A DNA stretch of 64,000 nucleotides from Marine group II euryarchaeote REDSEA-S11_B3N4 (lineage in GTDB: Archaea; Thermoplasmatota; Poseidoniia; Poseidoniales; Thalassarchaeaceae): positions 53,611 through 117,610 of the forward strand of contig LURR01000012.1 of assembly GCA_001628485.1 (NCBI GenBank), given 5' to 3'. Each line of letters begins with the position of its first letter. Positions within the stretch are counted from its first letter, which is position 1. A model generated the notes under the pieces. The model was not told the DNA's origin. It worked only from the letters and a program-made list of their open reading frames with translations, and made no database searches. Of the stretch, positions 29,400 to 40,326 are shown in pieces. Position numbers and translations under genes: made by a program.

Positions 29400-31838
29400 A
29401 TGAGGAGGAAATCCATTCGAGCTTTCTCGATGATGCTTTTGATGATGACATCCGGATGTCTACAGGCTGTAGATGGGGTCATCGAGGACATTGATAGGAC
29501 CATAGATGCACTAGAGGGCGACTATCCCAAGCTAGATCTGCCAGAAAGAACTAGATCTTCTCCCTCTCTTCAGACCTACGATGCATGCGAGACACTTCTG
29601 GAGGATCTAAAGACGGCAGTGTACGACGAGATGATAGTAAATCTGGACCAACAAAGCTACTGGCACTGGGTCACAGAGCCAATTATGATGAGGATGGATG
29701 GCGGTTCTATCTTCGCGGAACCAGAATTGGCTCTTGCTGATGACTCTGCTTCTGATACTGGAGGGACTGGGTCCGGACAGACCACCGAATCCCGCGAGGG
29801 GGAGTTTTCGGGTACGAATAATCAGGAGGAGGGTGTAGATGAAGCGGACTTCCTGAAGACTGACGGCTATCACATCTACATGCTGAACGGTCAATTGCTA
29901 CTAATAATGGGAGTTCCTGAGTTCGGTGAACTCACATTGGAGTCCAACCTAACAATAGAGGGAAACCCTACTCAGATGATGATCGAGGGGGACAGGCTGG
30001 TTATCTCCTCCTCCATATACTACTGGTCTCTACCCGAAGATAGCGAACTCAGGAAGCTGATGTCCGAGGAAGTCACGGCCACCGACCCGTTCAGTGACGT
30101 GACCTACAGCTACACGAAGGTTCAGAACCTCGTCAAGTACACCGTAGTCGACATAACGGATCGATCATCTCCAGTCGTAGAGAAGGAGATGTACATCGAG
30201 GGCAACTATCACACGGCAAGGATGGTTGATGGAACGGTTCGCTCAGTAACACACCTTTGGACATACTTCGACGGAATCAGAAACTGGGTCGAATTACCAG
30301 AGGAGTACTGGTCGGTAGAAGATACTGACGAGAGAATGGGTATCTGGAATGATAGCGTAAAGCAGACCGTTCTAGACAATGAGCAGGTCATATCAGAGCT
30401 CACTCTGGATGACTTCGTCCCTCACATATACGAAATCAGGGAAGGGGAGATATTCACACATCCTCTGACCTACGAGCAGTGTACAGAGTTCTCAGCGAGC
30501 TCGGATAGCGCAGGACGGGGATTCACTACCATAATGACAATGCAGATGCTCAATGAAGAAGTATCTCTTGAGGTTGACCACATTACATCCTCGTGGGCCC
30601 ATGTCTACTCCTCAGAGGACACTCTGGTTCTAGCCGAGCCAGCGAACGACGGCTGGTGGTTCTGGAGGAACTCTGAGTGGGAGGATGCCACGAACATCCA
30701 CTCATTTGACATCAGCGATGCGAATCACACCACCTATCTCGCTTCCGGAAGGGTTGAGGGGACGGTAAACGACCAGTTCTCAATAAGTGAGCACAATGGC
30801 TCTGTCCGCGTAGCCTCGACTTCCGACAACTGGTGGTTGTGGTGGAGGTTGGCTGAAACAGACGAGAATGGCGAACCGGTCTGGACAGGACCCACAAACC
30901 AAGTCACTATCTTGATGGACGATGGAGAAGGGAAACTCGAACAAGTCGGTTTTCTTGGAGATATTGCAGAAGGAGAGACGATTTGGAGTGCTAGATTCGT
31001 CGGGGATAGAGGCTACCTGGTGACTTTCATGAACATTGACCCATTATGGGTCCTCGATCTCTCCGACCCCTACAACCCGGTTGTTCTGGGGGAACTGCAC
31101 GTGCCCGGAGTGTCAACTTACATCCATCCAATTGACGATGACAACCTCCTCACCATTGGAATAGCTGGAGGCGCAGACGGACTCGGTCTTGATTGGTCCA
31201 TTACACAAGTCTCCCTTTTCAATGTCAGTGACACCAGTAATCCGAGTCTATCGGATACTCTTCCACTCACTCCTGCGTACGTCGATGATAACTGCGAGGA
31301 CATCATGACCTGTGGCTGGTCTTGGTCCTACTCCGAAGCAACTTACGAGCACAAGGCATTCACCTTCTGGGCTCCTGAGTCACTTTTGGCAGTCCCACTG
31401 TCCACTCACAGGTACGTCTACGACGAGATTGAGATCGAGGGTAAGGTCTACTCTCACTACGGGTATGAATACGTCTCGATGCTCAAGATGATTAACATAG
31501 ACACCGAAAACGGGACCCTATCAAATCATGGCGAGGTTGAGCACTCTGAGTTCTACAACGAGGAGGGACTGTCAAGTTGGTGGTCAGGCTCGACGAACAT
31601 CAGGAGATCGATGTTCATGGGGGACTACGTCTACGCCTTCTCAGCTGGCGGAGCTACAGTCCACAGGACGACCGACCTACAAATGATGGTTGAGTTGGAA
31701 CTCCCTGGAAATGAGCCAGTAGAGTACAATTATGTCTCCGAGGAGCCTGATAGGGTCGATGAGGACTCAGAAGAGTCATCTGAAGATACAGAGACACACC
31801 CATGCAACGAGTCCGACGCAGAGGGTTGCGAGGATTAG
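29400..31838 (+). CDS. Secreted beta-propeller domain lipoprotein (Beta_propel family)
   Basis: MRRK + hydrophobic + SGC lipobox-like start. TNNQEEGVDEADFLKTDG, NDQFSISE, GETIWSARFVGDRGYLVTF..IDPLWVLDLS and GELHVPGVSTYIHP motifs. Confidence 0.88.
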   Translation: MRRKSIRAFSMMLLMMTSGCLQAVDGVIEDIDRTIDALEGDYPKLDLPERTRSSPSLQTYDACETLLEDLKTAVYDEMIVNLDQQSYWHWVTEPIMMRMDGGSIFAEPELALADDSASDTGGTGSGQTTESREGEFSGTNNQEEGVDEADFLKTDGYHIYMLNGQLLLIMGVPEFGELTLESNLTIEGNPTQMMIEGDRLVISSSIYYWSLPEDSELRKLMSEEVTATDPFSDVTYSYTKVQNLVKYTVVDITDRSSPVVEKEMYIEGNYHTARMVDGTVRSVTHLWTYFDGIRNWVELPEEYWSVEDTDERMGIWNDSVKQTVLDNEQVISELTLDDFVPHIYEIREGEIFTHPLTYEQCTEFSASSDSAGRGFTTIMTMQMLNEEVSLEVDHITSSWAHVYSSEDTLVLAEPANDGWWFWRNSEWEDATNIHSFDISDANHTTYLASGRVEGTVNDQFSISEHNGSVRVASTSDNWWLWWRLAETDENGEPVWTGPTNQVTILMDDGEGKLEQVGFLGDIAEGETIWSARFVGDRGYLVTFMNIDPLWVLDLSDPYNPVVLGELHVPGVSTYIHPIDDDNLLTIGIAGGADGLGLDWSITQVSLFNVSDTSNPSLSDTLPLTPAYVDDNCEDIMTCGWSWSYSEATYEHKAFTFWAPESLLAVPLSTHRYVYDEIEIEGKVYSHYGYEYVSMLKMINIDTENGTLSNHGEVEHSEFYNEEGLSSWWSGSTNIRRSMFMGDYVYAFSAGGATVHRTTDLQMMVELELPGNEPVEYNYVSEEPDRVDEDSEESSEDTETHPCNESDAEGCED

Positions 31839-31847
31839 CTAGGGCTA

Positions 31848-33200
31848 CTAACCGAACCTTAGTGCTCTACCAACTGAGCCTGGTAGTGCAACCGGCAACC
31901 CACGTAGTGCTCCGTTTTCCTCTCTTTTGTGGACTATCTCGCCATCCACTATAGTGTATCTTGGCCATCCCGTGAGCTCCATGCCATCGTATGGAGTCCA
32001 TCCAACCCTCGTCCATGTATCCGCATCGGTTATGGTTCGCTTAGTTTCCAAGTCGACCAAAGTCAAGTCGGCATCATATCCCTCAATTAAGGAGCCCTTA
32101 TTCTGAATGCCGTATACCTTAGCAGGCCCCTCGCACATCCAACTAACTACTTCTGAGACACTACATTTACCATCCAATGCGTGAGTCAGCATTAGCGGTA
32201 AAGATGTCTCGACACCTGGCATTCCAGCCGGTGCTTTAGGGAAACCCACAGATTTGGACTCCAGTGTGTGAGGGGCATGGTCGGTGACCACGCAATCTAT
32301 GGTGCCATCCTTCAGACTCCTCCAAAGAGAATCTCGATCCTCAGTATAACGAATTGGCGGGTTCATCAGAACCCTCTCTCCCAGACTCTCAACATCATCC
32401 TGATCGAAGGTCAGGTGCTGGGTGCACACCTCGGTAGTGATGAGATCGCCTTTGTTTTTCTGCAACCAGTCTGCTTCCTTCTGGCTTGTCAGATGGACGA
32501 TGTGGAGACGATGATCGTGATCCTTGGCTAGTGAAGCCGCTCTTTTCGTGGCTAGGAAAGCGCATTCAACATCTCTGCACTCTGCATGAGAAGCAATGTC
32601 GGTTCGATGTTCAAACTCTGCAGTACGCTGCTGCAAGCGTTCCTCATCTTCCGCATGGGTCGCGATAATCCCCCCTGTGTTGGCGAAGATATTCTCCAGT
32701 TTCTTTTGCTCATGAACGAGCAGATCCCCAGTACTGCTGCCCATGAAAATCTTGATTCCACAAACACCATCCATTCCTTCCACGCTTTGCAAATCTGCGA
32801 TATTGTCGTTTGTAGCACCAATGAAGAACCCATGATGGGTAACAGACTTCTTTGAAGCGATAGCAATTTTTCGTTCCAAAGTCGAACGATTTGTAGCATT
32901 GGGATTGTTGTTTGGCATGTCAAGGAATGAGGTTACTCCTCCTGCAGCAGCAGCTCTACTTCCGCTCTCTAGATCTTCCTTTTCGGTGCTTCCAGGCTCC
33001 CTGAAGTGAACATGAGGATCGATTGCTCCTGGAAGCAAGTGTAAGCCCGTTGCATCAATCACTGCCTCATTACTTCCAGCATCCAATCCCCCTCCGGGTG
33101 CTATGGTCGAGATTGAGGCACCAGAAACACGCAGGTCTCCCTCAACAACCCTATCTGGCAAAATCAGGGTCGCATTCTGAATTAGTAAATGACCATCCAT
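31848..33200 (-). CDS. pyrC: Dihydroorotase
   Basis: DPHVHFREPG, DMPN, GIKIFMG, TDHAPH and GVET. Confidence 0.9.
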   Translation of the reverse strand: MDGHLLIQNATLILPDRVVEGDLRVSGASISTIAPGGGLDAGSNEAVIDATGLHLLPGAIDPHVHFREPGSTEKEDLESGSRAAAAGGVTSFLDMPNNNPNATNRSTLERKIAIASKKSVTHHGFFIGATNDNIADLQSVEGMDGVCGIKIFMGSSTGDLLVHEQKKLENIFANTGGIIATHAEDEERLQQRTAEFEHRTDIASHAECRDVECAFLATKRAASLAKDHDHRLHIVHLTSQKEADWLQKNKGDLITTEVCTQHLTFDQDDVESLGERVLMNPPIRYTEDRDSLWRSLKDGTIDCVVTDHAPHTLESKSVGFPKAPAGMPGVETSLPLMLTHALDGKCSVSEVVSWMCEGPAKVYGIQNKGSLIEGYDADLTLVDLETKRTITDADTWTRVGWTPYDGMELTGWPRYTIVDGEIVHKREENGALRGLPVALPGSVGRALRFG

Positions 33201-33307
33201 GGTGGGCTCCTATGTTGTCGGAACGCTGACATCACAATACTGTTGCCATCGTTGATCCATTTTCGTCCCCCGCTCGCTTCAAATAATCGAGGCCCCAGCG
33301 GGCAGGT

Positions 33308-33385
33308 AGCGGGTTGGAGTAGTCAGGTTATCTCGTCGGGCTCATAACCCGGAGACCGATGGTTCAAATCCATCACCCGCTACCA
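33308..33385 (+). tRNA. Initiator tRNA-Met (CAU)
   Basis: A1-U72 acceptor AGCGGGT/ACCCGCT, three G-C pairs at the base of the anticodon stem (GGG-CTCATAA-CCC), encoded CCA. Confidence 0.95.
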
Positions 33386-33506
33386 AAAAATAAAGTGAAA
33401 GTGAAAAATCGCTGTACTGCAACGATTCTCAAAGAATGACTACTTTCATAGAGCGACCAGGGGTCCTTCATTTGTTCATATACCCCCGATTAACAGTGGA
33501 GAAATA

Positions 33507-34520
33507 TTGGTGAACAGGATGAGCAAAGAAACAGCAAGTGAAAAAATGGAAGAAAAAGAAATTGTAATCGATGTGGACGATGCAGAGCCCACCATCGAGG
33601 ATCTCCCAGGAGTGGGTCCTGCAACTGCGGAGAAGCTTCGAGAAGCAGGTTTCGAAGAACTTCTTGGGATAGCTGTGATGAGTCCATCTGAATTATCAGA
33701 CCAAGCAGAACTGGGAGAGGCAGTTGCTGCCAAGATTATCGCAGGAGCAAAGAAGCTAGCGAATATTGGGGGTTTCGTTAGTGGGGTGGCACTTCTCGAG
33801 AAGAGGAAGAGAGTCCAGAAGTTGACCTCAGGAGCTTCATCTCTGGACGAACTACTAGGTGGAGGTTTCGAGACTCAGTCAATAGTAGAGGTATTCGGAG
33901 AATTCGGAAGTGGAAAGACGCAAATTGGACATCAGTTAGCGGTGAACTGCATTCTTTCTTTGGATCAGGGGGGACTAGATGGCGAGGTGGTTTACATTGA
34001 CACTGAAGACACTTTCAGACCGGAGAGAATAGCCCAGATGGCAGAAGGAGTGGGCATGGATCCTCAAGATGCTCTGGACAGGATACACGTAGCAAGGGCT
34101 TACAATTCTGCTCACCAGATGTTACTTGTCGATGAGATCAAGAGGATGGCAAAGAGTATTGATGTGAAAGTGATCATCGTCGATTCTCTGACAAGTCACT
34201 TCAGAGCTGAGTACGTCGGCAGAGGGATGTTAGCTCCCAGACAGCAGAAGCTAAACCGACACATGAAGGAACTCAAGCAGGTCGCAGACGTTCAGAATGC
34301 GATCGTTTTGGTGACAAACCAGGTTCAGGCGAAACCAGACGCGATGTGGGGGGATCCCACCAGAGCAGTAGGAGGGCATATCGTCGGCCACGCCAGCACA
34401 TTCCGCCTTTACCTCAGGAAGTCAAAGGGGGGCCGTAGAATTGCTCGCCTAATTGACAGTCCTAATCTACCCGAGGGTGAGGCAGTCTTTACCGTGACAT
34501 CCGAGGGCCTGCGTGACTAG
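33507..34520 (+). CDS. radA: DNA repair and recombination protein RadA
   Basis: HhH N-domain, [19 protein letters not shown] and GGHIVGH. The likely start is ATG 33519. Confidence 0.97.
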   Translation: MVNRMSKETASEKMEEKEIVIDVDDAEPTIEDLPGVGPATAEKLREAGFEELLGIAVMSPSELSDQAELGEAVAAKIIAGAKKLANIGGFVSGVALLEKRKRVQKLTSGASSLDELLGGGFETQSIVEVFGEFGSGKTQIGHQLAVNCILSLDQGGLDGEVVYIDTEDTFRPERIAQMAEGVGMDPQDALDRIHVARAYNSAHQMLLVDEIKRMAKSIDVKVIIVDSLTSHFRAEYVGRGMLAPRQQKLNRHMKELKQVADVQNAIVLVTNQVQAKPDAMWGDPTRAVGGHIVGHASTFRLYLRKSKGGRRIARLIDSPNLPEGEAVFTVTSEGLRD

Positions 34521-34544
34521 CGCGCAGGTCTCGGAGTCCGAAGA

Positions 34545-36254
34545 CTAAGCAGCCAATTCCGACAGCTCTGACTCGACCATCCCGAGTAGAGAGAGGAAGT
34601 GTTCCTCGTCGAATCCTAGTTTCAGATCCGCCGCTTCGAAGAGCTCTGGAAGAGTCTTTGTATTCCCTAGTGACATCGCATTCGCGTAGTCATCCAATGC
34701 CTTTTGTGGATCTCCCATTTGTGTCTTCCACAGCTGCAGTGATCCAAGTTGCGCTATTCCATATTCAATGTAATAGAATGGTACGCCGAAAAGATGGCCC
34801 TGCTGCTGCCAAGAAACCTCTCTGAAATCTGTATGTCCAGTCCAGTTCATGTCTGATCCGAATTTGTCCCTTATTGAGAGCCACACCTCTGCTCTTTCCT
34901 CCCTGGAATGACCCGGATTAGCGTAAATCCAATGCTGGAAAGAGTCTATCGTGGCTATCCAAGGAAGCAGGAAAACCACTCCTTCTAGATGCGTCCTCCT
35001 CGCCCTTGCGGCGTCTTCTTCATTCTCGTAGAATTTGTCCCACCATGGTTGTGTTAGTAATTCCATTGACATAGATGCGACCTCAGCGAACTCGATCGGA
35101 TAGTCTCTCTCGTCAATCAGTTCCAGATGGCCACAGTACAATGAGTGGAAGGCATGGCCTGCTTCGTGGATCATAGTCTCCAAGTCACCTTGCAGACCAG
35201 CCGCATTCATGAAAATGAAAGGTACCCTGCTCTTCTCCAAGTAGTATTGGTAACCACCTGGGGCCTTGCCCTTCCTGGTATCCAGATCAAGTGTATCCAT
35301 TTCTACAAGTCTATCGAATTTTCCACCGAGGTCTTCTGAGATTTCATTGAACATCTCTGACAGTTTCTCTACCATTTCTTCAACTGTATGGAATGGCCTT
35401 AGCGGATCTTTGCCGTGTATATCGGGACCAGAACCTCCCTTTTCATTAACATCCCACGGTCTCAATTCGCTAATTCCAAGACCCGCTTTCCTGTTCATGT
35501 TTATCTCATTGAGTATTGGGATACATACAGATTCTACCGAGTCATGAAATTCGAGACAGTCTTCGATGGTATAGTCGAACCTATGCATCGCCCTGAACAT
35601 GTATTGTGTGTAACTTTCGAATCCCGCATTGAGAGCGATCTGGTGTCTTATTGAAATCAACTCATCGAAGATTTCCGATAGCCTCTCGTTATCCTCCATC
35701 CTTCTCCCTGCCATAGTGGTCCAAGCAGCCTGACGCTCCGTTCTATCGTTTGATTCGAGGAATTTGCTCATCTGCGGGAAGGTCATCTCTTCTCCGTGGA
35801 AATCAACTGTCATAGCACCGTTTATTGACTGAGCCTCTGTTACTAGCTCAGTCTGCCTGACTCCAAGAGGGATGTTCTCTTTTCGGAATATCTCTATATC
35901 ATTCCTCATCCCTCTAAGCATCAGGTCGTATCTTTCAGGGAGGTCATCAACGGATGGATGGTTCACAATCCTTCTATTGAGAGAATCCGAGAACTCAGAC
36001 AGCTTGGGCCTTACATTGCTAACAAACTCTAGGAAACTACCTTTCTTCTCCTCGCTCTCTGTGTCACAAGTCATCCCAATGTACAACAGTGCTCCGGTCT
36101 CAGAAACATGTTCTGCTAGTTTGGATGAGTCTGAAATTAGATTTTCTAAGCAACCTGAACAACTTAATTCCCTTTCCAAGAGGTCCCTAGTCAAGGGCTC
36201 TAGGTTTTCCCATTTTGATGCATCTAAGTCATCTGGAACGAAGTCATTCCCCAT
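34545..36254 (-). CDS. M3 family oligoendopeptidase
   Basis: RKGKAPGGY, HEAGHAFH zinc motif, EFAEVASMSMEL and PFYYIEY. Confidence 0.93.
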   Translation of the reverse strand: MGNDFVPDDLDASKWENLEPLTRDLLERELSCSGCLENLISDSSKLAEHVSETGALLYIGMTCDTESEEKKGSFLEFVSNVRPKLSEFSDSLNRRIVNHPSVDDLPERYDLMLRGMRNDIEIFRKENIPLGVRQTELVTEAQSINGAMTVDFHGEEMTFPQMSKFLESNDRTERQAAWTTMAGRRMEDNERLSEIFDELISIRHQIALNAGFESYTQYMFRAMHRFDYTIEDCLEFHDSVESVCIPILNEINMNRKAGLGISELRPWDVNEKGGSGPDIHGKDPLRPFHTVEEMVEKLSEMFNEISEDLGGKFDRLVEMDTLDLDTRKGKAPGGYQYYLEKSRVPFIFMNAAGLQGDLETMIHEAGHAFHSLYCGHLELIDERDYPIEFAEVASMSMELLTQPWWDKFYENEEDAARARRTHLEGVVFLLPWIATIDSFQHWIYANPGHSREERAEVWLSIRDKFGSDMNWTGHTDFREVSWQQQGHLFGVPFYYIEYGIAQLGSLQLWKTQMGDPQKALDDYANAMSLGNTKTLPELFEAADLKLGFDEEHFLSLLGMVESELSELAA

Positions 36255-36262
36255 CTAAGACC

Positions 36263-36508
36263 TCACTTCTTTACCGACATAGGGCCCAGAGGCAATGGCC
36301 CCTCCTCTCTAGTCCACTTTGCGCACTTCCACTCTTTCACAGATGCCTGAACCTTCTCCATTACCTCTTCCTTTTTCGGATGATCGGGGTTGTTCTTTTC
36401 TATCCAGCACGCAGTACAGTATCTCTTGGCATCGTGTATCAGGAAGTTTCCAGATGTGCACGCAATACCGCAAACTATGCATGAACCGTATCCGTAGTAC
36501 TTTGGCAT
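36263..36508 (-). CDS. Small CxxC/CxxC zinc-finger protein (81 aa)
   Basis: CIVC...CTAC motifs, AGGAG upstream, 8-bp gap to the M3 peptidase. Confidence 0.7.
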   Translation of the reverse strand: MPKYYGYGSCIVCGIACTSGNFLIHDAKRYCTACWIEKNNPDHPKKEEVMEKVQASVKEWKCAKWTREEGPLPLGPMSVKK

Positions 36509-36562
36509 GTTATGTACTCCTGTCAGGACACCCGTCTATCAACATGACTGATGAGAAACCAC

Positions 36563-37132
36563 TTACTTTAGGCTCGAAAGCGATAAATGTGTAAGAAACG
36601 CCTCTTCAATATCCGAAATCTTCGAGTTTATTCGATATTCACTCCCTATTCTCATGAGGCCCTCAATCGTAGGAATGGGCCTTTCAGGGACTAATGAACC
36701 CCTGAGATGCTCTATCAGCCTGATAGCATCTTCATTTGAATCATTGAACGTGTCCACTGGAATCGAAAACTCGCCGAAACCAACCCCTAGTTCTGAATCT
36801 GGTAGCATGATTATCCACGCCTTTTCGTCACCCACTGAGATTCCAGACCTCTCGAATGCCTTGTTTATCTGTCGAGTACCCGAGATTAGCCTTAGAAACT
36901 CCGTGTCTGCAGTTTTGGCAATCATTTCTCCGGAAATCTCATTTCTTCTAAGTGCGTACCATGCAGTCCAAAGGTGCATCTCGCTCGCAGCGGACTCGAA
37001 TGACAGTAGCATCCATCTGTTGCTCGGTCTGAATTCATTGATGATTGAGACGATAGAGAACACGTTGCTAATCGGTTCAGGAAACCTAACCCCCCATGCC
37101 GGGAACCAGGGAACTGGATGCTCCGAGTCCAT
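36563..37132 (-). CDS. cgi121: KEOPS complex subunit Cgi121
   Basis: HL..A...EFLRLISGTRQINKAFERSG motif, directly downstream of hel308. Confidence 0.8.
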   Translation of the reverse strand: MDSEHPVPWFPAWGVRFPEPISNVFSIVSIINEFRPSNRWMLLSFESAASEMHLWTAWYALRRNEISGEMIAKTADTEFLRLISGTRQINKAFERSGISVGDEKAWIIMLPDSELGVGFGEFSIPVDTFNDSNEDAIRLIEHLRGSLVPERPIPTIEGLMRIGSEYRINSKISDIEEAFLTHLSLSSLK

Positions 37133-37164
37133 ATGCTCGGATGGGGTCCACTTGAAGAATTTGA

Positions 37165-39720
37165 TTAGCGCGACCTTCTCACTGACTTCCCGGCAGATCT
37201 AACCAGATTGTCAACGAGCTTCGGACTCCATCCCCTAAGGTCAGAGAGTCTTGCCATATCCCTCTCAGTGATTTCTGAAACGTCCAAAGCGGTCGAAACT
37301 CCTAGAGTTTCAGCCATCTCTCTAGCTCTAACTCTGCCTATACCTTTGATTGAGACAAGTCCTAGGATGTCAGCCTTGCATCCGAACCTAACCCTCCTAT
37401 GTACCTCGTCTATTGAATCATACAGAATCTTGTGGGCATCACGTTCGAAATTTGCTAGGTTTTGGTCCTCTGAAAGAATTCTTCGCATCGCGAATAGCAG
37501 CCATTCCATCAACTCGACTCTGCTCCTGAGATCTCCGGGTTGAACTCCCCACTCCTCTTCGATACTATCCAAGGAGGCTTCCTCCATCCATGATTGAACC
37601 ACTAATGCACCCTTCATTCTTCGTTCCTGTTCAAGATCTATAGATTCCCCCAATAACTCTCTTTCATGCCCATGCAAGACCCCTAGTATTGTATCATAAT
37701 CACTCTTCCTTGGCCACAGAGGAAGGAAATCAGGAGTGCAAGAAGCCAGATGGAGGAGAGTTAAGGGGGACACCTGTCCAGTATTATCATGGCCCGAGAC
37801 AATTTCCATCGCCCTATTCAGGCCATCATGGATAATCTTCCCTGAAATTGGATTAAGGTAGAGTCTCGAGATTCTTGAGCCCAGAGAAGTGGGAGAGTAT
37901 GTCATAGCTGCTGGTTCCGGTACCAAACCCTCTGAAACCTGGTAGGCACTAGCCTTGGTGAATCCAAATATTGCTGGCCCGGTTCTAGGGGTTAGAACCG
38001 ATTTTCGCCCCTCTTCTTTCTTGAAAAGATCCAATCCTGGAATTGAGGTAGCAGAATTTGCCCAAGATGGCATCTCGTCTTCCCACATTTCTTCGTCACT
38101 AGAATCCGAAACTCTGCCTTTAATCGCCCTCTTGACTTCCTGAGACTCTCCAGTTCTTTCAATCATTGAGTTCTCGCAAAGCCAATGGAGAACGTCATCA
38201 GTTCTAGCTTCCAAGGTCTCTGCAGGCATCTGGCTGGCTAGGAAAGTCTTCGATAGGAACCGCGATATTCCATCTCTGTCATTTATTCCAGCAGTTGCAA
38301 CTACTGACAGAATGTGAGCTAGTAAGGCACCATCCTGTTCGGCACGTTGCGCGCTCGGATTTGCCAGCTTAGATGTCACTTGTTCTGATTCTCCTCTTAG
38401 GTATAGCTCTACTAGATTCGACTCATCCTGAATGTTTTTAGAAACTAGGAAAGACTCTCCAAAGTCATCAAAACCAGGCCTTCCGGCCCTTCCCATCATC
38501 TGCCTCACCTCCATTACTGGCAGGGGCATGCTCCTCGATGCAATTGTGCTCCATCTTCTGGTATCTCTGACAACAACCCTGCTCGCTGGTAAGTTTACTC
38601 CTTGTGCTAGAGTTGGAGTTGCAACTATACACTGGAGATTTCCATCCCTGAATCCATTCTCGATCACCTTTCTCTGGGAAGAGGTCAAACCAGCATGGTG
38701 GAAACCTACTCCTCCTCTAACTGAATTCGAAAGAGCCTTCACAGTGGCCGAACCATCCTCCCCCCTCCACAATTCCTGTGACATAGAGGTCCAAGATTCA
38801 ACCACTGACTCAGCGAAACCAAGATCCCCATTTTCTAGCCTAGTCTTCAAGTGACTAGAGAGCTCTCTGGCCTCTTTCTGTGCAGATGATCTTGAAGAAA
38901 CGAAAACTAGCATCTGCTTCCCCATCCCAATAGTGTCGTCCATCACAGAATGGAGGTTCTTCTCCACACCTCCCTCGAGACGCTTGGGTTCTGGTAAAAT
39001 GAAATCCGTTGCCGGGCTCTCTACTGAGTGATACTTCATGTCCAATCCGGTCAGAGTACCTGAGTAGAGGGCTATTGGCCTCCAGTTAGAGGTTACTAAA
39101 TCTGCCTCCAGCCATTCGGACAGCTCCTGTGCATTTCCTACTGTGGCAGAAAGGGCCAAGATCTGTACTCTCGGTGAGCTATGTCTTATTCTGGACAGTA
39201 GAATCTCCAGAGTAGGGCCTCTGGAAGGATCTTGCAAAAGGTGAAACTCGTCTGCCACAACTATTCCAATATCATCCAGTAGTGAGGGCTTAGATCGCAG
39301 CATCGAGTCTAGTTTCTCGCTAGTACAAACTAGCACGTCTGAATTTTCCACTAGGCTTGTTTCACTACTTCTGTCTCCGATAGCCAGGCCAACTTTCAGT
39401 CCAACACTCGAGCACACCTGGTTCAATTCCTCGTATTTCTCCGATGCTAGAGCCTTAAGAGGAACGATGTAAATTCCTCTTTGTCCACTCAAATCTCCAA
39501 TCAGCCTGTTTGCCAGTGTGATATGAGCAACTAGGGATTTTCCACTCGCAGTAGGGACCGCGAGCATCAGATTTCTACCCTTTAGGGAGTTTGGAAGTGC
39601 TTCCGCTTGTGGAGGAAATAAACTATTGATTCCCCATTTCTCCTGAAGCATTTTCTTCAGACGTACATCGAATTCGAACTCTTCTAGACCTAAGATAGAT
39701 GCCTCATTCCCGTTGTCCAT
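37165..39720 (-). CDS. hel308: Ski2-like DNA helicase Hel308
   Basis: PTASGKS, DEFH, LSAT, FHHAGL, QMMGRAGRPG and C-terminal GIGRVRAR. Confidence 0.93.
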   Translation of the reverse strand: MDNGNEASILGLEEFEFDVRLKKMLQEKWGINSLFPPQAEALPNSLKGRNLMLAVPTASGKSLVAHITLANRLIGDLSGQRGIYIVPLKALASEKYEELNQVCSSVGLKVGLAIGDRSSETSLVENSDVLVCTSEKLDSMLRSKPSLLDDIGIVVADEFHLLQDPSRGPTLEILLSRIRHSSPRVQILALSATVGNAQELSEWLEADLVTSNWRPIALYSGTLTGLDMKYHSVESPATDFILPEPKRLEGGVEKNLHSVMDDTIGMGKQMLVFVSSRSSAQKEARELSSHLKTRLENGDLGFAESVVESWTSMSQELWRGEDGSATVKALSNSVRGGVGFHHAGLTSSQRKVIENGFRDGNLQCIVATPTLAQGVNLPASRVVVRDTRRWSTIASRSMPLPVMEVRQMMGRAGRPGFDDFGESFLVSKNIQDESNLVELYLRGESEQVTSKLANPSAQRAEQDGALLAHILSVVATAGINDRDGISRFLSKTFLASQMPAETLEARTDDVLHWLCENSMIERTGESQEVKRAIKGRVSDSSDEEMWEDEMPSWANSATSIPGLDLFKKEEGRKSVLTPRTGPAIFGFTKASAYQVSEGLVPEPAAMTYSPTSLGSRISRLYLNPISGKIIHDGLNRAMEIVSGHDNTGQVSPLTLLHLASCTPDFLPLWPRKSDYDTILGVLHGHERELLGESIDLEQERRMKGALVVQSWMEEASLDSIEEEWGVQPGDLRSRVELMEWLLFAMRRILSEDQNLANFERDAHKILYDSIDEVHRRVRFGCKADILGLVSIKGIGRVRAREMAETLGVSTALDVSEITERDMARLSDLRGWSPKLVDNLVRSAGKSVRRSR

Positions 39721-39764
39721 GGGGGGACTCTAATTCGGCCGTTCTAAAGGATGCCGAGTGAATA

Positions 39765-40241
39765 TTAACTCCATCTATGAAAGGCCGGATGACCCTCCTT
39801 TACTGCAACGAATAGCCCTTCTCCAGTTGCGCACACTTCTCCATCTGCAGAGAGGGACATTTTCACGTTGGCCCTGTCATCTCCAATCTCAGTTACTTCC
39901 CCTTTGACGATTAGAGTACTTCCCAGTGGGGTCGGACGCCTCAGTTTGATACTGTATGATGCAGTTACAGTGCATGGAGGCTCGGTATCTCCTGCCTTGT
40001 CCATTAGTGCAATCGCCGCAGTCCAGTTTCCATGGCAGTCGAGAAGCGTCCCGATAATCCCTCCATTTATCATCCCGGGGAATGCCTGATGTCTCTCCTT
40101 AGGAGTAAATTCCATCTCCAGGCCATCTTCTGTCCTGAATGATCTGATTCTCAGACCATCCTGGTTAGATGGGCCGCAACCAAAGCAAATACTCGTCGGG
40201 GCATGAATCTCCTGAACGGAAAGCCCCTCTCGGTCGCCCAT
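39765..40241 (-). CDS. PaaI-family hotdog thioesterase
   Basis: CFGCG.N..GL, NGGIIGTLLD and LRRPTP. Confidence 0.88.
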   Translation of the reverse strand: MGDREGLSVQEIHAPTSICFGCGPSNQDGLRIRSFRTEDGLEMEFTPKERHQAFPGMINGGIIGTLLDCHGNWTAAIALMDKAGDTEPPCTVTASYSIKLRRPTPLGSTLIVKGEVTEIGDDRANVKMSLSADGEVCATGEGLFVAVKEGHPAFHRWS

Positions 40242-40326
40242 GACCGCCGTTAGGGGTCATTCCGAATTGAATTTTCCCAAAACTTCACTCCGCATTGTAT
40301 TAATTTACCAATCCCTCGGGCCAATA

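Noticed and set aside
28996-33385. Genomic island between tRNA-Gly and tRNA-Met
   Set aside because: No integrase, no duplicated tRNA 3' end seen, and the cargo includes pyrC.
33507-39720. Inteins in RadA or Hel308
   Set aside because: RadA is normal length. The Hel308 insert lacks Cys/Ser-start and His-Asn-end splice motifs and any homing endonuclease.
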